Shown here: positions 60,051-64,000 of the stretch, piece after piece | Layout of the letters: each line of letters starts with the position of its first letter | Numbering within the stretch: position 1 is the first letter of the stretch | DNA from: Candidatus Doudnabacteria bacterium | GTDB taxonomy: Bacteria; Patescibacteriota; Doudnabacteria; UBA920 | Length of the DNA stretch: 64,000 nt | Reading direction: 5' to 3' | Assembly (NCBI GenBank): GCA_963837465.1 | Contig: CAWINB010000001.1 | Location: forward strand, 369,929 to 433,928 | Made by a program: the position numbers and the translations under genes | The notes under the pieces: generated by a model | What the model was told of the DNA's origin: nothing | Database searches by the model: none | What the model saw: only the letters and a program-made list of their open reading frames with translations

Positions 60051-61883
60051 TTATGGGCTCATTAACACCGTCAGCGGCGGCTGGTCGGCGCTAATGCTGA
60101 GCGGAATATTGCTCTGGGTTTGATAACCGGCCATGGAAACGGTAACGCTGTAATTATTGCCGGCGGTTAAGCCGGTAAAAATTACCTGGCCCGGGGTGAA
60201 GCAGCCGGTAACAAAATTGGCCGCCACCGAAGTTAACACCGGCGTTTTAGCCGGGTCTTGGCTTGACAAAAAAACCTTATAGCGAAAATAACGGTTGCTG
60301 TTTAAGCTTGGACCTATGTCCTGCCCAGGGGTAGTAAAATAAGTATTGGCGGTACCGTCGGGGCCGACGTAATTCCAGGTAGCATTGTCGTTATTGGCCG
60401 CCACCTGAAAGGCCAGGCTGGTGGAAGCGCTTTGTGAAGAAGGCAGCCAGGTCAAAATTGTATAATCAGTCTGGCCGGTTCCGGTATCAAAAGTGGAAGA
60501 TTCCAAAGTGCCGGTGGCCGTTACATAACTGCCGCCGACCTGGTTTAAAACCACGCTGCCGGGATTGGTAACGTTAACATTACCGTTGTCCTGGAAATAC
60601 TGGTTGGGGGTGGTGGTGCCGAACGAAGAAGCGCCGCTGCCGCCACTCCAGTCATTCTGGGTCCAAACGCTGCCGCCTGTAAAAAGCGTTTCCAAAGGAG
60701 CCAATCCCCGCGAAAGCGTTACCGAAGCGTTTTCCAAAGCTGTGCCGCTGGAAGCATCCTTAACTATGACCAATAAATTGTTCGGCGTGGGACTGGTGCC
60801 CAAGATTATTGTAAAGGTCTGGGCAGTAGCGGGCAAAACCGAAACTTGCTGGACAGGCGAAGTGCCGAACACCACCCACGGCTGGCCGGTCAGCAAAACC
60901 GGAGTGTAAGTATCCCACTCAATGTTGTTTAAATTAATAACGCCGCCGGACGAAGAAAAATTTTGGCTGTACTTATACAACCCGCTGCCCGGAGGCGTAG
61001 TAGTGGCCGCGCCGATAAGTTTTGAACCCGTGACATTAACATTTACTCCGCTTAAGGCATTGCAGGTGGAATCCAGAGTTTTAATATTCAAGTTAGCCAA
61101 CCGGTCGATGGAAAGCGTCAGCTGGGTTATGGTGCCGGTGGCTACGGTCGCGTCGGGATGGATGGGATTGGGATTTTGCGGGGTTATCGGGTAGGTCTGG
61201 TCGGTAGAATAACCAGGCTCCGTGGCCACAATACGGTAATCATTGACAGCGGCCGGCAGGCCGACTTCCGTAACCTGACCGCTGCCGTTGCTGGTATCGG
61301 GCAAATCGTAGGTATACGGGCTGGTGGTGGGATAGGTAATTGTCACCGAAGCTCCCTGCAGATACTGGCCCTGGGAATTAATCACGTTAACCTGCAGGGC
61401 GCCTGTATTCGGGTTGGTAATAAGTCCCTTGGGAGAGACTGTGGTTAAAAAATCAGTCACTTGCCCGGAAGAAGTATTTAAAATACTCATTTTTACCTGT
61501 TTGTAATCCGGCGTACCCGTGGCCGTATCAGCAGCGTCGTGCACATAGCTGACTTTGTAATAAATATCGTAGGTATAAGGCCCTATGGTCTGGCTGACGG
61601 CATTGGGCAAATCCGGCAATTGGCCGCTTGGATTGCCCTCCAAAGTGCCAACCTGGCTGTAGGGCATGTTGCGCGCAATTTCCAGATAATTGGTGGCTAG
61701 GCTGGAAAGGATAATTTTTTCCCGGGCCTTTTTCACCGATTGCCCAAGGACGGCAAAACTGGCCAGCATAGCCGTGGCCAAAAGGGCAAAAATAAACAGA
61801 GTGACCAGGAGTTCCATAAGGGTAAATCCTGAATGACTTTTGCCGGACTTTGGTTTAAAAAAATAGCTTAAAAATTTAGTCAT
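60051..61883 (-). CDS. large type IV pilin-like protein with carboxypeptidase-regulatory-like beta domains
   Basis: SG|FTLMELLV, E..RNMPY, GALQVNV...GASVT, SVTVSMAGY. Confidence 0.85.
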   Translation of the reverse strand: MTKFLSYFFKPKSGKSHSGFTLMELLVTLFIFALLATAMLASFAVLGQSVKKAREKIILSSLATNYLEIARNMPYSQVGTLEGNPSGQLPDLPNAVSQTIGPYTYDIYYKVSYVHDAADTATGTPDYKQVKMSILNTSSGQVTDFLTTVSPKGLITNPNTGALQVNVINSQGQYLQGASVTITYPTTSPYTYDLPDTSNGSGQVTEVGLPAAVNDYRIVATEPGYSTDQTYPITPQNPNPIHPDATVATGTITQLTLSIDRLANLNIKTLDSTCNALSGVNVNVTGSKLIGAATTTPPGSGLYKYSQNFSSSGGVINLNNIEWDTYTPVLLTGQPWVVFGTSPVQQVSVLPATAQTFTIILGTSPTPNNLLVIVKDASSGTALENASVTLSRGLAPLETLFTGGSVWTQNDWSGGSGASSFGTTTPNQYFQDNGNVNVTNPGSVVLNQVGGSYVTATGTLESSTFDTGTGQTDYTILTWLPSSQSASTSLAFQVAANNDNATWNYVGPDGTANTYFTTPGQDIGPSLNSNRYFRYKVFLSSQDPAKTPVLTSVAANFVTGCFTPGQVIFTGLTAGNNYSVTVSMAGYQTQSNIPLSISADQPPLTVLMSP

Positions 61884-62165
61884 TTTTGTTTCAAAGTTTC
61901 CAGATTTATTTTATTTATTATACCATTTTTAAGGAGAAAACAAAAATCGCGGGCCAAACTGCGCAAGGGCGCCCCTTTGCAGCAAAGGGGCGCCCTTGTG
62001 GATACTATTCCGCGCTTGATCGAGTACGAGGTATTTTTTGAGGATCTTTGGAGGCGTAGTCAGGCTACGACGGCAAAGACCGGAAGAAAATAACGAAGCA
62101 ATCGGACAAGCCTTTAGATTTTAAGCTTTTATTTAATACTTATGGCTAAAACGCGGAAGTCATAC

Positions 62166-62399
62166 TTAGTCGCAAACCTGGTTTTTATTTTCCTGCATGC
62201 ACAGCTCGGGACTATCCTGGCACTTGGCCAAATCCGGCGAGCAGGTGCCAACAGGCTGCCGAAGCGAAGACTTAATTACCGTTGGCTGGACCGGCTGCTG
62301 TTTTAGCTTTTGGTATTCAACCGTAATAAAAACCAGAGCCGCTATAACCATAAGGCCTAAAATTATAAAGATGATTTTGGTGGGAGTATGCAGGCGCAT
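62166..62399 (-). CDS. small single-TM protein with Cys-rich C-terminus
   Basis: TM helix plus 4 Cys. Confidence 0.5.
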   Translation of the reverse strand: MRLHTPTKIIFIILGLMVIAALVFITVEYQKLKQQPVQPTVIKSSLRQPVGTCSPDLAKCQDSPELCMQENKNQVCD

Positions 62400-62719
62400 A
62401 AATAAAAATTATTTTGATTCCGGAAGTGTTTAGAACCTGTTTGAAAAAATAATATGCGGGCGGAATTTAAGAATTTTGAGACAAAATATCAAAACAAATT
62501 TTGAGGTTTAACCTTAAGTTAAGCGGAGAAATTTTTTTGGGATTTTGGCCAAAATTCTTAAATCGCGGCCCGAAGTATATTTAAAACAGGTTCTAGGAAT
62601 TTACTTTGGTTTTATGGACAAAAGGGCTTTCTTTTGGTTGTTCTTGCGCGCGTTTGAAGATTATTACAATTGCTGAAAATATTACAATCCCTCAACGCGT
62701 TCACTATCTGTATCTGTCC

Positions 62720-62986
62720 CTATCCGTTCTTTAAAGGCACAAAAGGAGCGGTTGGTTCGTTGACTTCCACACCTTCCACTTTCGCGCCAACGGGACCCCG
62801 ATGGCACCATTCCACAAATTGGCTTAAGGCCTCTTCCGGGCCCTGGGCGTTTATAACCAGACTGCCGTCTTTGGTATTTTCCGCCAGGCCCAACAGCCCC
62901 AGCTCCACAAATTTATCATAAGCGGAAAACCGAAAACCCACTCCCTGTACCCGCCCTGTAATTTTTACGCTAATATGTTTAATCAT
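62720..62986 (-). CDS. acyP: acylphosphatase
   Basis: ITGRVQGVGFR, G.AEN..DGS, W...GP..A.V. Confidence 0.95.
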   Translation of the reverse strand: MIKHISVKITGRVQGVGFRFSAYDKFVELGLLGLAENTKDGSLVINAQGPEEALSQFVEWCHRGPVGAKVEGVEVNEPTAPFVPLKNG

Positions 62987-63077
62987 AAAAAATCGTCCCT
63001 GAACCTGGCTGAGAGGCTGTTTGAAATCGCGGCGGAAACGGATCTTTCCGGACAGCCTCTGAGTTACAAATAAGCCT

Positions 63078-63503
63078 TTAATGCTGGAACGAGGACAGGA
63101 ATTTTATCCAATCCTTGGGCAGATGGTTTTGGGTCGCGCCCAAAATTACACGGTTTAAATACTCGCCTTTAATATAGTCGCCGTCAAACAGGTCGCTGTT
63201 TTCTATGTAAACCCAAGCCTCAAAACTGTCGCCGTTCTCGTCTTCCACCTGGACTTTGGCCCGATTAAAAACTTCCGGGTAACCCTCAAATTCGTCCAGG
63301 GTATCAAGACAGCGCTGGTCTAACTCATACAACACTCCCAGCACCCGGCTGCGGTCTTTTGGGCGAATGTTGGCATAACCCCGTCCATCGGCGCCGAACT
63401 CAAAATCGCGCAGATTGGCCACGCCCAGCAAAGTAAAATGCCAGCCGCACAGCCTGCGCATATGCTCCATATTCATGTTGGATCCGTAGGCGAAATAGTA
63501 CAT
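63078..63503 (-). CDS. gamma-glutamylcyclotransferase family protein
   Basis: YFAYGSNM, V.GVLYEL, LD..EGYP. Confidence 0.9.
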   Translation of the reverse strand: MYYFAYGSNMNMEHMRRLCGWHFTLLGVANLRDFEFGADGRGYANIRPKDRSRVLGVLYELDQRCLDTLDEFEGYPEVFNRAKVQVEDENGDSFEAWVYIENSDLFDGDYIKGEYLNRVILGATQNHLPKDWIKFLSSFQH

Positions 63504-63549
63504 AGCAAAATTATCTTACAACAATAAAGTTGCCGGCGCAAGAGAAAAT

Positions 63550-64000
63550 TTAAGCCGTTTTTTTGATGTGGGACAGCGCGTACCCGAGCGAAGCGTTGAC
63601 TTTTTTGCCCGGATTAAAAATATTTCGCGGGTCAAAAATTTCCTTGGTCCGCTGAAACAAAGCCATAATTTCCGGTCCGTACATTTTTGCCAAATAAGGA
63701 CTGCGGATAAGCCCGTCATTATGCTCGGCTGTAATGGATCCGTTATATTTAAGCACCAAATCGTAAACCCGGTCAGCCAGCTTGGGTATGATGTCCCTCT
63801 GATCCGCCTTGGTTAAATCCATAAGCGGAATAATGTGGAAATTGGCGTCCCCGGCATGCCCGGCAATTGTATAAATTAAAGACGGGTATTGGTTTAAAAT
63901 GGCGTTCAGTTCCGGCAAAAATTGCGGCAGCTGGGCGGGATGGACCACGATGTCGTCTATAAAAGGCGCGGTGGAAAGTCCGTGGGTGTGCTGCCTCAGC
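63550..64000 (-). CDS. FAD-linked oxidase (GlcD / D-lactate dehydrogenase-like), 3' part only
   Basis: GHAGDANFH, GSITAEHNDG, FDP.NIFNPGK; runs off the window edge. Confidence 0.88.
   Translation of the reverse strand, partial: LRQHTHGLSTAPFIDDIVVHPAQLPQFLPELNAILNQYPSLIYTIAGHAGDANFHIIPLMDLTKADQRDIIPKLADRVYDLVLKYNGSITAEHNDGLIRSPYLAKMYGPEIMALFQRTKEIFDPRNIFNPGKKVNASLGYALSHIKKTA

Noticed and set aside
1-64000. Alternative genetic code (TGA=Gly, code 25) as the cause of gene fragmentation
   Set aside because: TGA terminates intact genes (NRAMP, aspA-like, PaaX-like), and the breaks are frameshifts rather than in-frame TGA.

Overview
64-kb window of a bacterial chromosome that looks like Patescibacteria/CPR (genetic code 11, pilin-rich, giant Ser/Thr-rich surface proteins, CPR-type hypotheticals; the taxon is inferred from gene content). 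Housekeeping and metabolic genes include infC-rpmI-rplT, argH, an aspA-like lyase, a pgl-like gene, an NRAMP transporter, acyP, a GGCT and a DsbA-like protein. The window also holds one complete IS256-like element inserted in a terminator hairpin and two type IV pilin clusters, one with a PilC-SH3 fusion and one interrupted by a four-helix-bundle gene inside an inverted repeat. There are two very large surface genes: an ~18.7-kb HTH/TM/fibre gene (~6,230 aa once five single-base indels are repaired) and a 2,256-aa Ig-repeat/LysM protein. The most striking observation is a cobalamin (B12) riboswitch with promoter, terminator and anti-terminator placed directly upstream of an operon with no recognisable B12 function: a large low-complexity protein, a truncated Clp/Hsp100 AAA+ ATPase, a small protein bracketed by ~125-bp direct repeats, and a VirD4/TraD-like coupling ATPase. 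Several frameshifts fall on two motifs (CTGCAG and GATGC), which suggests methylation-linked sequencing errors rather than real pseudogenes. No tRNA, rRNA or CRISPR array was recognised. All calls are by eye, without database searches.
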